Origin: an uncultured bacterium
GTDB lineage: Bacteria; Babelota; Babeliae; Babelales; Babelaceae
Direction: 5' to 3'
NCBI GenBank assembly: GCA_963848965.1
Contig: CAWKFG010000001.1
Coordinates: 192,001 to 256,000, forward strand
Length of the DNA stretch: 64,000 bases
This document shows positions 41,099 through 50,482 of this stretch, piece after piece. A program made the translations under genes and the position numbers. How positions within the stretch are numbered: the first letter of the stretch is position 1; every line of letters starts with the position of its first letter. The notes under the pieces were generated by a model, which was not told the origin of the DNA, did not search any database, and worked only from the letters and a program-made list of their open reading frames with translations.

Positions 41099-41945
41099 AA
41101 GCTTGAGGACAGCGGTGCTTATCTAAGTATAGTTGTGCAGAAAAAGTTCTTTTACATTGTTTACATGTAGCTGTCTTTTGCTTTTCATGAGTAGTTTTAT
41201 GCGCTGCTAAATTAGCCGGATTAATGAACTTTTTATCACATTGGACACAGAGGTGCTGTGCTTCTTCTTTCTTATGTAGTGCTGGTTTGTTCTTGATCAG
41301 AATCTCAACCTCCATACTTTCTGAATCTTCATCTGTAAAAGAGGAATCTTCTCTGTCATTTAAATAATAGTCCTCATCGTCTGAAGAGTCGTACTTCTGC
41401 TTTTTCAATGGTCTGGCCTGCTGTACTTTTTTTAATGCCGCCTTATCCTTTGAATTAGTGCTAATCTGTGTGTCTTCTTTGTGAGGATTGTTAGGAATCC
41501 TACGTTTCTGATCTACCGCTTTAGCTAGCTTTTTGCTTGCTTTACTTGTAGAATTCTCGTTGTTTTGCTGACTTCTTACATTGCCTAGTGTTGATACCAT
41601 CCTCTTTACTAATAACATAGGAGACGGTGTTACAGAAGCTGTTAAGTTATTTTGTTTGTAATAGCTGTTATCGCCTTGAGATAGCGGCTGCTCTTGAAAA
41701 TCAGTTGTATATGATTCTTCTTCTGTCTCACTATCCGCGTGCTGCATGTTTTCTTTTTCTTCTGCGTGAAGGATGGTGATGTGTAATTCTAGATCTTCTT
41801 TTTGCGTAAATTGTAAAGAACATTGCTCACATGCGTATGCTAGCTCTTGATTACTCACTAAATCCTTTTGTCCTTCTGAGCATTGTTCCATTCCATAGAG
41901 AGTGGTTACTGTACCCCAGAGCAAAAGCATTACAATCTTATTCAT
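41097..41945 (-). CDS. Secreted divergent C2H2 zinc-finger protein (2 C2H2 + 1 C2HC)
   Basis: Signal peptide, CEQC..HITILH, CVQC..HKTTH, CKQC..HRC, RPLKKQK basic patch, acidic tract. Confidence 0.8.
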   Translation of the reverse strand: MNKIVMLLLWGTVTTLYGMEQCSEGQKDLVSNQELAYACEQCSLQFTQKEDLELHITILHAEEKENMQHADSETEEESYTTDFQEQPLSQGDNSYYKQNNLTASVTPSPMLLVKRMVSTLGNVRSQQNNENSTSKASKKLAKAVDQKRRIPNNPHKEDTQISTNSKDKAALKKVQQARPLKKQKYDSSDDEDYYLNDREDSSFTDEDSESMEVEILIKNKPALHKKEEAQHLCVQCDKKFINPANLAAHKTTHEKQKTATCKQCKRTFSAQLYLDKHRCPQA

Positions 41946-42092
41946 AATTTCCAATTAATTTTAAAAGTACTTTTACTAGTACAATAGAGTTCTTATCATT
42001 CATATCATTATACTATAGCCTATGATTTTAATTATAATTTGTCAATAATAAAAGTATTGGGACATCAGCTACGCAGAGCATTAAGCCGTATT

Positions 42093-42797
42093 TTACGTGT
42101 TATGAACTTTTTGATGTATTGTTAATTGACCAGAAGTAATGAAGGTTTTACTGCACTCAGTACATACATATGGTTTTTCTCCTGTATGAGTACGTATGTG
42201 CCTTGTTAAAGTACTGGAATCAGCAAAAGTTTTATCGCATTCATTACATACATATGGCTTTATACCAGTATGAGTACGCATATGTATTGTTAATTGGTCA
42301 GACTGAGTAAAAGCTTTATGACATTCAGTACAAACATAGGGTCTTTCTTCGGTATGAGTACGTACGTGTTTTGTTAAGTCACTAGCAGTAGTAAAAGCTT
42401 TGTCGCATTCAGTACAGACATAAGGCTTTTCACCAGTATGACTACGCATATGTGATGTTAAACTATCAGTTCGAGCAAAAGCTTTATGACATTCATTACA
42501 AACATAGGGTCTTTCTCCAGTATGAGTGTATATATGCCTTGTTAACTTGCTAGAAGTAGCGAAAGTTTTACCACATTCAATACATATATGCTCTTTTTTT
42601 TGTCTCTTATGATTAACAGCAGAGTCAACATCATTTTGAGAAGCGTGAAGACGTTTTCTAGAGAGAATAGGTGTGTCATCAGATATGTCTTCTAGTGCTG
42701 TATCTGGTTGTTGAGTGTTATTAGTACCTCTATCTTCTTGCATAGAATAAATAAAATGAGAAAATAAGCAGAGTAAGAATAAAGAGAGCGTTTTCAT
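42093..42797 (-). CDS. Secreted tandem C2H2 zinc-finger protein, 6 fingers
   Basis: Signal peptide, RKR...KRQKK, and 28-aa repeats with TGE[KR]P linkers. Confidence 0.95.
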   Translation of the reverse strand: MKTLSLFLLCLFSHFIYSMQEDRGTNNTQQPDTALEDISDDTPILSRKRLHASQNDVDSAVNHKRQKKEHICIECGKTFATSSKLTRHIYTHTGERPYVCNECHKAFARTDSLTSHMRSHTGEKPYVCTECDKAFTTASDLTKHVRTHTEERPYVCTECHKAFTQSDQLTIHMRTHTGIKPYVCNECDKTFADSSTLTRHIRTHTGEKPYVCTECSKTFITSGQLTIHQKVHNT

Positions 42798-42900
42798 TGG
42801 ATACCTAATGTTTTATTAGAAAACTTATTGTTTAGGTCTTTAAATATAATTATATAGCTTGAAAATAAAAGTGCAAGTAAGAGCACTCAAAGCTTCTTGC
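42798..42900 (-). repeat. 103-bp intergenic promoter unit, copy 1 (type A)
   Basis: Near-identical to 43519-43621 and 48792-48894. Contains TTGCAC-16-TATAAT on the minus strand. Confidence 0.9.
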
Positions 42901-43518
42901 TTAAGTATGAGTATGCATGTGCCTTGTTAACTTACTAGATTCAGCAAAAGCTTTATCACATTCGTTACATACATAAGGCTTTTCACCAGTATGAGTACGC
43001 ATATGTAATGTTAAACTATCAGCTCGAGTAAAAGCTTTATCACATTCAGTACAAACATAGGGTCTTTCTCCGGTATGAGTACGCATATGTTTTGTTAAAG
43101 TACTAGAATTGGTAAAAGCTTTATCACATTTAGTACATATATACGGCTTTTCTCCTGTATGTGTTAGTATATGTTGTGTTAAATTACCAGATTTAGTAAA
43201 AGCTTTATTACATTCACTACATACATACGGTCTTTCTCCGGTATGTGTTAGTATATGTACTGTTAAACTACTAGAATTGGTAAAAGCTTTATCACATTCA
43301 ATACATATATGCTCTTTTTTTTGTCTCTTATGAATAACTGCGGAGTCAACATCATTTTGAGAAGCGTAAGGGCGTTTTCTAGAGAGAATAGGCGCGTCAT
43401 CAGATATGTCTTCTGTTGCTGTATCTGGTTGTTGAGTGTTATTAGTACCTCTATCTTCTTGCATAGAATAAATAAAATGAGAAAATAAGCAGAGTAAGAA
43501 TAAAGAGAGCGTTTTCAT
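42901..43518 (-). CDS. Secreted tandem C2H2 zinc-finger protein, 5 fingers
   Basis: Same architecture as 42093..42797. Confidence 0.95.
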   Translation of the reverse strand: MKTLSLFLLCLFSHFIYSMQEDRGTNNTQQPDTATEDISDDAPILSRKRPYASQNDVDSAVIHKRQKKEHICIECDKAFTNSSSLTVHILTHTGERPYVCSECNKAFTKSGNLTQHILTHTGEKPYICTKCDKAFTNSSTLTKHMRTHTGERPYVCTECDKAFTRADSLTLHMRTHTGEKPYVCNECDKAFAESSKLTRHMHTHT

Positions 43519-43621
43519 TGGATACCTAATGTTTTATTAGAAAACTTATTGTTTAGGTCTTTAAATATAATTATATAACTTGAAAATAAAAGTGCAAGTA
43601 AGAGCATTCAAAGCTTCTTGC
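43519..43621 (-). repeat. 103-bp intergenic promoter unit, copy 2 (type A)
   Basis: Near-identical to 42798-42900. Confidence 0.9.
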
Positions 43622-44827
43622 TTAAGTATGATTACGCATATGCTTTGTTAAATTACCAGCTTGTGCAAAAGCCTTATTACATTCAGCACAAGTGTAAGGC
43701 TTTTCACCGGTATGAGTACGAATGTGCTCTTTTAGTAGATAAGAACGAGTAAAAGCTTTATCACATTCATTACAAACATAGGGTCTTTCATCAGTATGAC
43801 TACGCATATGCTGTGTTAAATTACCAGGTTGTGTAAAGGCTTTATCACATTCAGTACATACATATGGTTTTTCTCCTGTATGACTATGCATATGTATTGT
43901 TAAATGGCCAGACTGAGTAAAAGCTTTGTCACATTCAGTACATACATAAGGCTTTATACCAGTATGAGTACGCATATGTATTGTTAAGGAGCTAGAGTCA
44001 GCAAAGGCTTTATTACATTCACTACAAACATAGGGCTTTTCATCAGTATGAGTACGCATATGCTGTGTTAAATTACCAGATTGTGTAAAGGCTTTATCAC
44101 ATTCACTACATACATATGGTTTTTCTCCTGTATGACTACGCATATGTTTTGTTAAAGTACTGGAATCGGCAAAGAATTTATTGCACTCAGTACATACGTA
44201 TGGTTTGTCACCTGTATGCATACGCATATGTAGTGTTAACTTGCTAGACTCAGCGAAAGCTTTATCACATTCGTTACAAACATAAGGCTTTTCACCAGTA
44301 TGAGTACGCATATGCTGTGTTAAATTACCAGGTTGTGTAAAGGCTTTATCACATTCAGTACATACATATGGTTTTTCTCCTGTATGACTACGCATATGTT
44401 TTGTTAAAGTACTGGAATCGGCAAAGGATTTATTGCACTCAGTACATACATATGGTTTTTCACCAGTATGAGTACGCATGTGTAGTGTTAAATTACCAGC
44501 TTGTGCAAAAGCCTTATTACATTCAGCACAAGTGTAAGGCTTTTCACCGGTATGAGTACGAATGTGCAGTTTTAGTAGATAAGAACGAGTAAAAGCTTTA
44601 CCACATTCAATACATATGTGCTCTTTTTTTTGTCTCTTATCATTAACTGCGGAGTCAATATCATTTTGAAAGTTAGAAGGGCGTTTTCTAGAGAGAATAG
44701 GTGCGTCATCAGATAGATCTTCTAGTGCTGTATCTGGTTGTTGAGTTTCATTTGTGCTAATAGCTTCTTGCATAGAGTAAGTAAAAGGAAAGAATAAGCA
44801 AAGTAAAAATAAAGAGAATGTTTTCAT
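43622..44827 (-). CDS. Secreted tandem C2H2 zinc-finger protein, 12 fingers
   Basis: Same architecture, with internally duplicated fingers (RSYLL-QAGNL pair twice, DSSTLTK-Q[PS]GNLTQ pair twice). Confidence 0.95.
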   Translation of the reverse strand: MKTFSLFLLCLFFPFTYSMQEAISTNETQQPDTALEDLSDDAPILSRKRPSNFQNDIDSAVNDKRQKKEHICIECGKAFTRSYLLKLHIRTHTGEKPYTCAECNKAFAQAGNLTLHMRTHTGEKPYVCTECNKSFADSSTLTKHMRSHTGEKPYVCTECDKAFTQPGNLTQHMRTHTGEKPYVCNECDKAFAESSKLTLHMRMHTGDKPYVCTECNKFFADSSTLTKHMRSHTGEKPYVCSECDKAFTQSGNLTQHMRTHTDEKPYVCSECNKAFADSSSLTIHMRTHTGIKPYVCTECDKAFTQSGHLTIHMHSHTGEKPYVCTECDKAFTQPGNLTQHMRSHTDERPYVCNECDKAFTRSYLLKEHIRTHTGEKPYTCAECNKAFAQAGNLTKHMRNHT

Positions 44828-44930
44828 CAAAGACCTACCATCTTATTGGGAAATTTTTTGAGCAAATATTTAAATATAATTATATAAATTGAAAATAAAA
44901 TTGCAAGTAAGAGCATCCAAGACTTCTTGC
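44828..44930 (-). repeat. 103-bp intergenic promoter unit, copy 3 (type B)
   Basis: Closest to 47819-47921. Shares the TTTAAATATAATTATAT..TGAAAATAAAA.TGCAAGTAAGAGCA..CTTCTTGC core with type A. Confidence 0.85.
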
Positions 44931-45734
44931 TTAAGTATGAGTACGCATATGCCTTGTTAAATTACTAGAAGTTGTGAAAGCGTTATCACACTCGGTGCAC
45001 TTATAGGGCCTTTCTCGTGTGTGACTATACATATGTGCTATTAAGTGGCTAGAAGTAGTAAAAGCTCTATTGCATTCATTACATACATACGGCTTTTCTC
45101 CTGTATGTGTTAGTATATGCTTTGCTAAGTTACTAGACTCTGCAAAAGTTTTACCACACTCGTTACATACATACGGCTTCTCACCCGTATGAGTACGCAT
45201 ATGTATTGTTAATTTACCAGATTGTGCAAAAGCTTTATCGCATTCATTACATTTATAAGGTTTTTCTCTTGTATGCGTACGTATATGCTTTGTTAAATCG
45301 CCAGATTCAGCAAAAGCTTTGTTACATTCAGTACATATATATGGCTTTTCGCCTGTATGACCGCGCATATGTAATGTTAAAGAACTAGACTGAGTAAAAG
45401 CTTTATTGCATTCAGGACATATATAGGGCTTTTCTCCTGTATGAGTACGCATATGTACTGTTAAATTTCTAGAGGTTGTAAAAGCTTTATCACATTCATT
45501 ACACTTAAAGGGCCTTTCCCCTGTATGCGTACGCATATGTATCGCCAACTTACTAGGAACACTAAAAGCCTTATTACATTCAACACATATATGTCGTAGC
45601 TTACTTCTTTTATGTCCTCTTTCTTCTTGAGACTCTATCTCACTCTCTTCTCTTTCTCTTTTTGTAGTCTCTCTTTCCATTGCATTGAGCAGACTTACTA
45701 TGAAAAAAAGAGTAAATATCACTATTTTTCTCAT
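44931..45734 (-). CDS. Secreted tandem C2H2 zinc-finger protein, 8 fingers, distinct N-terminus
   Basis: Signal peptide [22 protein letters not shown]...HKRSK, 8 fingers. Confidence 0.95.
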   Translation of the reverse strand: MRKIVIFTLFFIVSLLNAMERETTKREREESEIESQEERGHKRSKLRHICVECNKAFSVPSKLAIHMRTHTGERPFKCNECDKAFTTSRNLTVHMRTHTGEKPYICPECNKAFTQSSSLTLHMRGHTGEKPYICTECNKAFAESGDLTKHIRTHTREKPYKCNECDKAFAQSGKLTIHMRTHTGEKPYVCNECGKTFAESSNLAKHILTHTGEKPYVCNECNRAFTTSSHLIAHMYSHTRERPYKCTECDNAFTTSSNLTRHMRTHT

Positions 45735-45825
45735 ATATTATTCCTTATTATAATATGTAAGGTATCATTAGACTTATGGCAGCATTCCTCACATAGAGCT
45801 TTATACAAAGGTAAGCCTAGAATTA

Positions 45826-46542
45826 TTATTTTGAAAACACGAAATCGAGACTTCCAGAATGGGCCTTGAGCGTAAATGAATTAACTACCCATTGCTTTTT
45901 TGCATCAGCAGAAACTATTTGAAGTTGCTTGCTAAGACGGTGTTTAAGGATATGAACCATATTTTGCGGGTCTCTATCTTTATCTTCATAAAGCTTGCCA
46001 ATAGTAAGATGCATATCAAAATAAGGAAACTGGCCTAAGCTGTCCTGTATCGATTGCGCCACATGAGTAAGCGCAGGTGAAGAAGGAAATCGTAGTACAA
46101 TATAATAAAAATTCTTTTTAGGTATCCCCTTGTAGACATTGCCTTTGTCTCTATCTCCTTTAAAGCAAGTAAATTCTACTGCTTTAAGGTTTTCCGTAAG
46201 ATCAATAGCCCTTGTTTCTTTAGCAATCTTTTCAAGAGCTGGAATATTATATTTCTGCTTTTCCAATAACTGCTTAAGTGTTAACTGAGCATCTGTAATA
46301 TACGCAAGCGATATGTGTGAAGCATACTGGGGAGCATCAAATAGATATTTTATATGCCCTGGTTTGGTCTTTTGTGCTTCATTTTCATGATCAATAATCT
46401 CTTTGACTTGCTCTTGGACTACATGCACAAATTCTTGTACCACCGTAGGTGGCTCAATTAATACGATGACTCCACCAAAAAGATTACTCATGGTTATACA
46501 GAAAATAAGCATTAAAATTAACTTACAATGTGAGCTATACAT
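45826..46542 (-). CDS. Putative secreted 2H phosphoesterase (2'-5' RNA ligase-like fold)
   Basis: Two H-x-[ST]-h motifs (HISL, HLTI) about 100 aa apart. Hydrophobic N-terminus from ATG 46542 (AGGA RBS). Confidence 0.65.
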   Translation of the reverse strand: MYSSHCKLILMLIFCITMSNLFGGVIVLIEPPTVVQEFVHVVQEQVKEIIDHENEAQKTKPGHIKYLFDAPQYASHISLAYITDAQLTLKQLLEKQKYNIPALEKIAKETRAIDLTENLKAVEFTCFKGDRDKGNVYKGIPKKNFYYIVLRFPSSPALTHVAQSIQDSLGQFPYFDMHLTIGKLYEDKDRDPQNMVHILKHRLSKQLQIVSADAKKQWVVNSFTLKAHSGSLDFVFSK

Positions 46543-46664
46543 GGTATATCCTAGATAAATGATTCTATTTAATATATTCTCTATATTACATTTTAATGAT
46601 AATTTGTCAATAATATTAATGGTTAAAGGTATGCTGACGCAAAGCAAATAAAGTAGTGCCCTAC

Positions 46665-46757
46665 TTACTGTTGAGTCTCATTGGAGATAGTAGTTTCTTG
46701 CATAGAATAAGTACAAGGAACGAATATGAAAAGTAAAAGAAGATAGAATATTTGCAT
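46665..46757 (-). pseudogene. Truncated zinc-finger gene head (signal peptide only, MQIFYLLLLFIFVPCTYSMQETTISNETQQ*)
   Basis: Aligns with [31 protein letters not shown] degenerate promoter unit lies upstream (46758-46830). Confidence 0.8.
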
Positions 46758-46862
46758 AGTGCTTAGTCTCTTATTAGAAAGGTTATTGTATAAATGCTTA
46801 AATATAATTATATAATTTGAAAATAAAAAGTAAATGGTTGTCAGAGATAGTACTTTACAGTT

Positions 46863-47032
46863 TTACTTCTTATGAGTGAGCATATGATTTTTAAATTACC
46901 AGATTGAGTAAAAGATCTATCGTACTCAGTGCATACAAAATGCTTTTCTCTAGTATGGGTTCGCATGTGCTATTTCAGTTTATCAGAACGAGCAAAAGCT
47001 TTGTTATATTCAGTACAGACGTAAGGTTGCTC
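46863..47032 (-). pseudogene. Two decayed zinc fingers downstream of the 47033 stop codon
   Basis: Reads EQPYVCTEYNKAFARSDKLK*HMRTHTREKHFVCTEYDRSFTQSGNLK(fs)HMLTHKK*. Confidence 0.85.
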
Positions 47033-47818
47033 TCATGTATGAGTATGCATGTGCCTTGTTAAATTACCAGATTGTGCAAAGGCTTTATTGCATTCACTAC
47101 AAACATAAGGTTTTTCACCACTATGGGTACGTATGTGTTGTGTTAAAGTACTGGAATCGGCAAAGAATTTATTGCACTCAGTACATACGTATGGTTTTTC
47201 ACCAGTATGAGTACGTACGTGTTTTGTTAATTTACCAGCAGTGGTAAAAGCTTTGTCGCATTCAGTACATACATAAGGCTTTATACCAGTATGAGTACGC
47301 ATATGTTTTGTTAATTGGCCAGACTCGGCAAAAGCTTTGTTGCATTCAGTACATGCATAAGTCTTTTCACCGGTATGACTACGCATATGTGATGTTAAAC
47401 TATCAGTTCGAGCAAAAGCTTTATCACATTCAGTACATACATAAGGCTTTATACCAGTATGAGTATGTACGTGTTTTGTTAAGTCACCAGCACTAGTAAA
47501 AGCTTTGTTGCATTCAGTACATACATAAGGCTTTTCACCGGTATGACTACGCATATGTCGTGTTAAACTATCAGAACGGGTAAAAAGTTTATCACATTCA
47601 GTGCAGGCATATTCTTTTTTCTGTTTCTTTTGATTAACCGGAGATTCGATATCATTGTGAGCAGAATAAAGCCGTTTTTTAGGTAATATGGGTATCTCAT
47701 CAGATAGGTCTTCTGTAATAGACTTATCTTGTTGAGCCTCATTGGCGCTAATAGCTTCTTGCATAGAGTAAGCAAAAGGAAAGAATAAGCAAAGTAAAAA
47801 TAAAGAAAACGTTTTCAT
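47033..47818 (-). CDS. Secreted tandem C2H2 zinc-finger protein, 7 intact fingers
   Basis: Signal peptide and PKKR...QKKQKK. Ends at a TGA where the linker Gly is expected. Confidence 0.95.
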   Translation of the reverse strand: MKTFSLFLLCLFFPFAYSMQEAISANEAQQDKSITEDLSDEIPILPKKRLYSAHNDIESPVNQKKQKKEYACTECDKLFTRSDSLTRHMRSHTGEKPYVCTECNKAFTSAGDLTKHVHTHTGIKPYVCTECDKAFARTDSLTSHMRSHTGEKTYACTECNKAFAESGQLTKHMRTHTGIKPYVCTECDKAFTTAGKLTKHVRTHTGEKPYVCTECNKFFADSSTLTQHIRTHSGEKPYVCSECNKAFAQSGNLTRHMHTHT

Positions 47819-47921
47819 CAAAGACCTATCATCTTATTAGGAAATTTTTTGAGTAAATATTTAAATATAATTATATGGCATGAAAATAAAAGTGCAAGTA
47901 AGAGCATTCAAAGCTTCTTGC
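47819..47921 (-). repeat. 103-bp intergenic promoter unit, copy 4 (type B)
   Basis: Similar to 44828-44930. Confidence 0.85.
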
Positions 47922-48791
47922 TTAAGTATGAGTACGCATGTGCTTTGTTAAACCACTGGAATCGGCAAAAGCTTTACCGCATTCACTACATATATAAGGT
48001 TTTTCACCAGTATGAGTACGCATATGTACTGTTAATTTACTAGAGGTGCTAAAAGCTTTATCACATTCAGTACAGACATAAGGCTTTTCACCAGTATGAG
48101 TGCGCATATGTATTGTTAATTGGTCAGACTGAGTAAAAGCTTTATGACATTCATTACAAACATAGGGTCTTTCTTCGGTATGAGTACGTACGTGTTTTGT
48201 TAAGTCACTAGCAGTAGTAAAAGCTTTGTCGCATTCAGTACATGTATAAGGCTTTTCACCAGTATGAGTACGCATATGTACTGTTAATTTACTAGAGGTG
48301 GTAAAAGCTTTATGACATTCAGTACAAACATAGGGTCTTTCTCCGGTATGGGTACGTACGTGTTGTGTTAATTCGCCAGCAGTAGTAAAAGCTTTGTCGC
48401 ATTCAGTACAGACATAAGGCTTTTCACCAGTATGACTACGCATATGTTTTGTTAAACTATCAGTTCGAGTAAAAGCTTTACTACATTCGTTACATACATA
48501 AGGCTTTTCACCAGTATGAGTGTATATATGCCTTGTTAACTTGCTAGAAGTAGCGAAAGTTTTACCACATTCAATACATATATGCTCTTTTTTTTGTCTC
48601 TTATGATTAACAGCAGAGTCAACATCATTTTGAGAAGCGTGAAGACGTTTTCTAGAGAGAATAGGTGTGTCATCAGATATGTCTTCTAGTGCTGTATCTG
48701 GTTGTTGAGTGTTATTAGTACCTTTATCTTCTTGCATAGAATAAATAAAATGAGAAAATAAGCAAAGTAAGAATAAAGAGAGCGTTTTCAT
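47922..48791 (-). CDS. Secreted tandem C2H2 zinc-finger protein, 8 fingers
   Basis: The first ~95 aa are nearly identical to 42093..42797. Confidence 0.95.
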   Translation of the reverse strand: MKTLSLFLLCLFSHFIYSMQEDKGTNNTQQPDTALEDISDDTPILSRKRLHASQNDVDSAVNHKRQKKEHICIECGKTFATSSKLTRHIYTHTGEKPYVCNECSKAFTRTDSLTKHMRSHTGEKPYVCTECDKAFTTAGELTQHVRTHTGERPYVCTECHKAFTTSSKLTVHMRTHTGEKPYTCTECDKAFTTASDLTKHVRTHTEERPYVCNECHKAFTQSDQLTIHMRTHTGEKPYVCTECDKAFSTSSKLTVHMRTHTGEKPYICSECGKAFADSSGLTKHMRTHT

Positions 48792-48894
48792 TGGATACCT
48801 AATGTTTTATTAGAAAACTTATTGTTTAGGTCTTTAAATATAATTATATAGCTTGAAAATAAAAGTGCAAGTAAGAGCATTCAAAGCTTCTTGC
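48792..48894 (-). repeat. 103-bp intergenic promoter unit, copy 5 (type A)
   Basis: Near-identical to 42798-42900. Confidence 0.9.
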
Positions 48895-49848
48895 TTAAGT
48901 ATGAGTACGCATATGCCGTGTTAATTTGCTAGACTCAGCAAAAGCTTTATAACATTCATTACATATATATGGTTTTTCGCCTGTATGACTATGCATATGT
49001 TTTGTTAAAGTACTTGAATCGGCAAAGAATTTATTGCATTCATTACAAACATAAGGTTTTTCACCAGTATGAGTACGCATATGTACTGTTAATTTACTAG
49101 AGGTGGTAAAAGCTTTGCTACATTCATTACAGACGTATGGCTTTTCATCAGTATGAGTACGAATATGTACTATTAATTTACTAGAGGTGGTAAAAGCTTT
49201 ATCACATTCAGTACATGCATAAGGCTTTTCACCAGTATGAGTACGCATGTGTAGTGTTAAATTACCAGCTTGTGCAAAAGCCTTATTACATTCAGCACAA
49301 GTATAAGGCTTTTCACCGGTATGAGTACGCATATGTAATGTTAAAGAACTAGACTGAGTAAAAGCTTTATTGCATTCAGTACATATATAAGGCTTTTCAC
49401 CAGTATGACTACGCATATGTAATGTTAAACTGTCAGCTCGAGCAAAAGCTTTATCACATTCAGTACAAACATAAAACTTTTCACCAGTATGAATACTTAT
49501 ATGTTTTGTTAATTGGCTAGACTGAGTAAAAGCTTTATCACATTCGTTACATACATAAGGTTTTTCACCAGTATGAGTGTATATATGCCTTGTTAACCTG
49601 CTAGAGGTAGCGAAAGCTTTACCACATTCAATACATATGTGCTCTTTTTTCTGTTTCTTTTGATTAACCGGGGATTCGATATCATTGTGAGTAGAATAAA
49701 GCCGTTTTTTAGGTACTATGGGTATCTCATCAGATAGGTCTTCTGTAATAGACTTATCTTGTTGAGCCTCATTTGTGCTAGTAGCTTCTTGCATAGTATA
49801 AGCTAAAGGAAAAAATATGCAAAGTAAGAAAAGAAAGAACATTTTCAT
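48895..49848 (-). CDS. Secreted tandem C2H2 zinc-finger protein, 9 fingers
   Basis: Signal peptide from ATG 49848. N-terminal spacer shared with 47033..47818. Confidence 0.95.
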   Translation of the reverse strand: MKMFFLFLLCIFFPLAYTMQEATSTNEAQQDKSITEDLSDEIPIVPKKRLYSTHNDIESPVNQKKQKKEHICIECGKAFATSSRLTRHIYTHTGEKPYVCNECDKAFTQSSQLTKHISIHTGEKFYVCTECDKAFARADSLTLHMRSHTGEKPYICTECNKAFTQSSSLTLHMRTHTGEKPYTCAECNKAFAQAGNLTLHMRTHTGEKPYACTECDKAFTTSSKLIVHIRTHTDEKPYVCNECSKAFTTSSKLTVHMRTHTGEKPYVCNECNKFFADSSTLTKHMHSHTGEKPYICNECYKAFAESSKLTRHMRTHT

Positions 49849-50059
49849 AGTGCCCATTATCATATTAGAAAATTTATTGTGCAAATGCCTGTCTATAATT
49901 ATATAATTTAAAAATAAAAATGCAAATGCGTGGTTTCAAGATGTGTATACTATAAGCAATCAGGTGTAGAAAAAAAGAAAGAATACTTATTCTTGCTATT
50001 TGTTAAAAGATCTTGGGATACTACCTATGTAAAGAGTTCTATTAAAGGGAGAGCTAGCA

Positions 50060-50482
50060 ATGAGGCATGGACTGCGAGAAGAGATTTTAGAAGCTTGTAA
50101 TAAGTGTATTGTAAGTTGTGAAGAATGTGTAAAATTAGCGCGCCGTTGCTTGGGTACTTGTGAATCATCAGAAGCATCTGCTTGTAAAGAGATGGTTCAA
50201 AAGTATATTGAACATTGTAAAAAATGCATTGAAGCATGTAGAGCGTGTATAGATATATGTAATGAAGGTATTAAGCTTGCTGAAAATGATGAAGAAGCCC
50301 ACTTTTTACAAAAATGTGTAGAAGCTTGTGGTGACTGTATTACTGCATGCCAAACAAGCATTGATAATTGTTCTGTACAAGTAAACTGCATACAGGCTAC
50401 AAAAGAATGTATAGAGCTCTGTAACGAATGTATATCTGCTTGTGATGAATGCATTGAGCATTTAGGCATTAGAGGATTGTAA
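50060..50482 (+). CDS. Cys-rich four-helix-bundle copper-storage-like protein (Csp/DUF326 family)
   Basis: Repeated CxxCxxxCxxC helices in 140 aa. Confidence 0.75.
   Translation: MRHGLREEILEACNKCIVSCEECVKLARRCLGTCESSEASACKEMVQKYIEHCKKCIEACRACIDICNEGIKLAENDEEAHFLQKCVEACGDCITACQTSIDNCSVQVNCIQATKECIELCNECISACDECIEHLGIRGL

Noticed and set aside
47033..47035. TGA readthrough or alternative genetic code extending the zinc-finger gene
   Set aside because: The downstream fingers also carry a TAG, a frameshift and Cys-to-Tyr losses, and TGA is a normal stop in other genes here.
42798..48894. 103-bp spacers as integron attC sites or IS ends
   Set aside because: I see no extended attC-like inverted structure and no integrase or transposase in the window. 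The similarity runs on into the coding sequence, as expected for tandem duplication.
42093..49848. 84-bp periodic repeats with variable cores, resembling a CRISPR array
   Set aside because: The period is 28 codons of in-frame C2H2 fingers, the variable parts are recognition helices, and there are no cas genes in the window.
42093..49848. Diversity-generating retroelement driving finger variation
   Set aside because: There is no reverse transcriptase or distinct template repeat in the window, and whole fingers recur intact, which fits recombination better.
41033..49925. Eukaryotic contamination as the source of the zinc-finger genes
   Set aside because: There are no introns. The genes have bacterial-type promoters and signal peptides, share the +1 Met pattern and AT-richness with flanking genes, and lie near tilS/gyrB. 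Read-level confirmation is still advisable.
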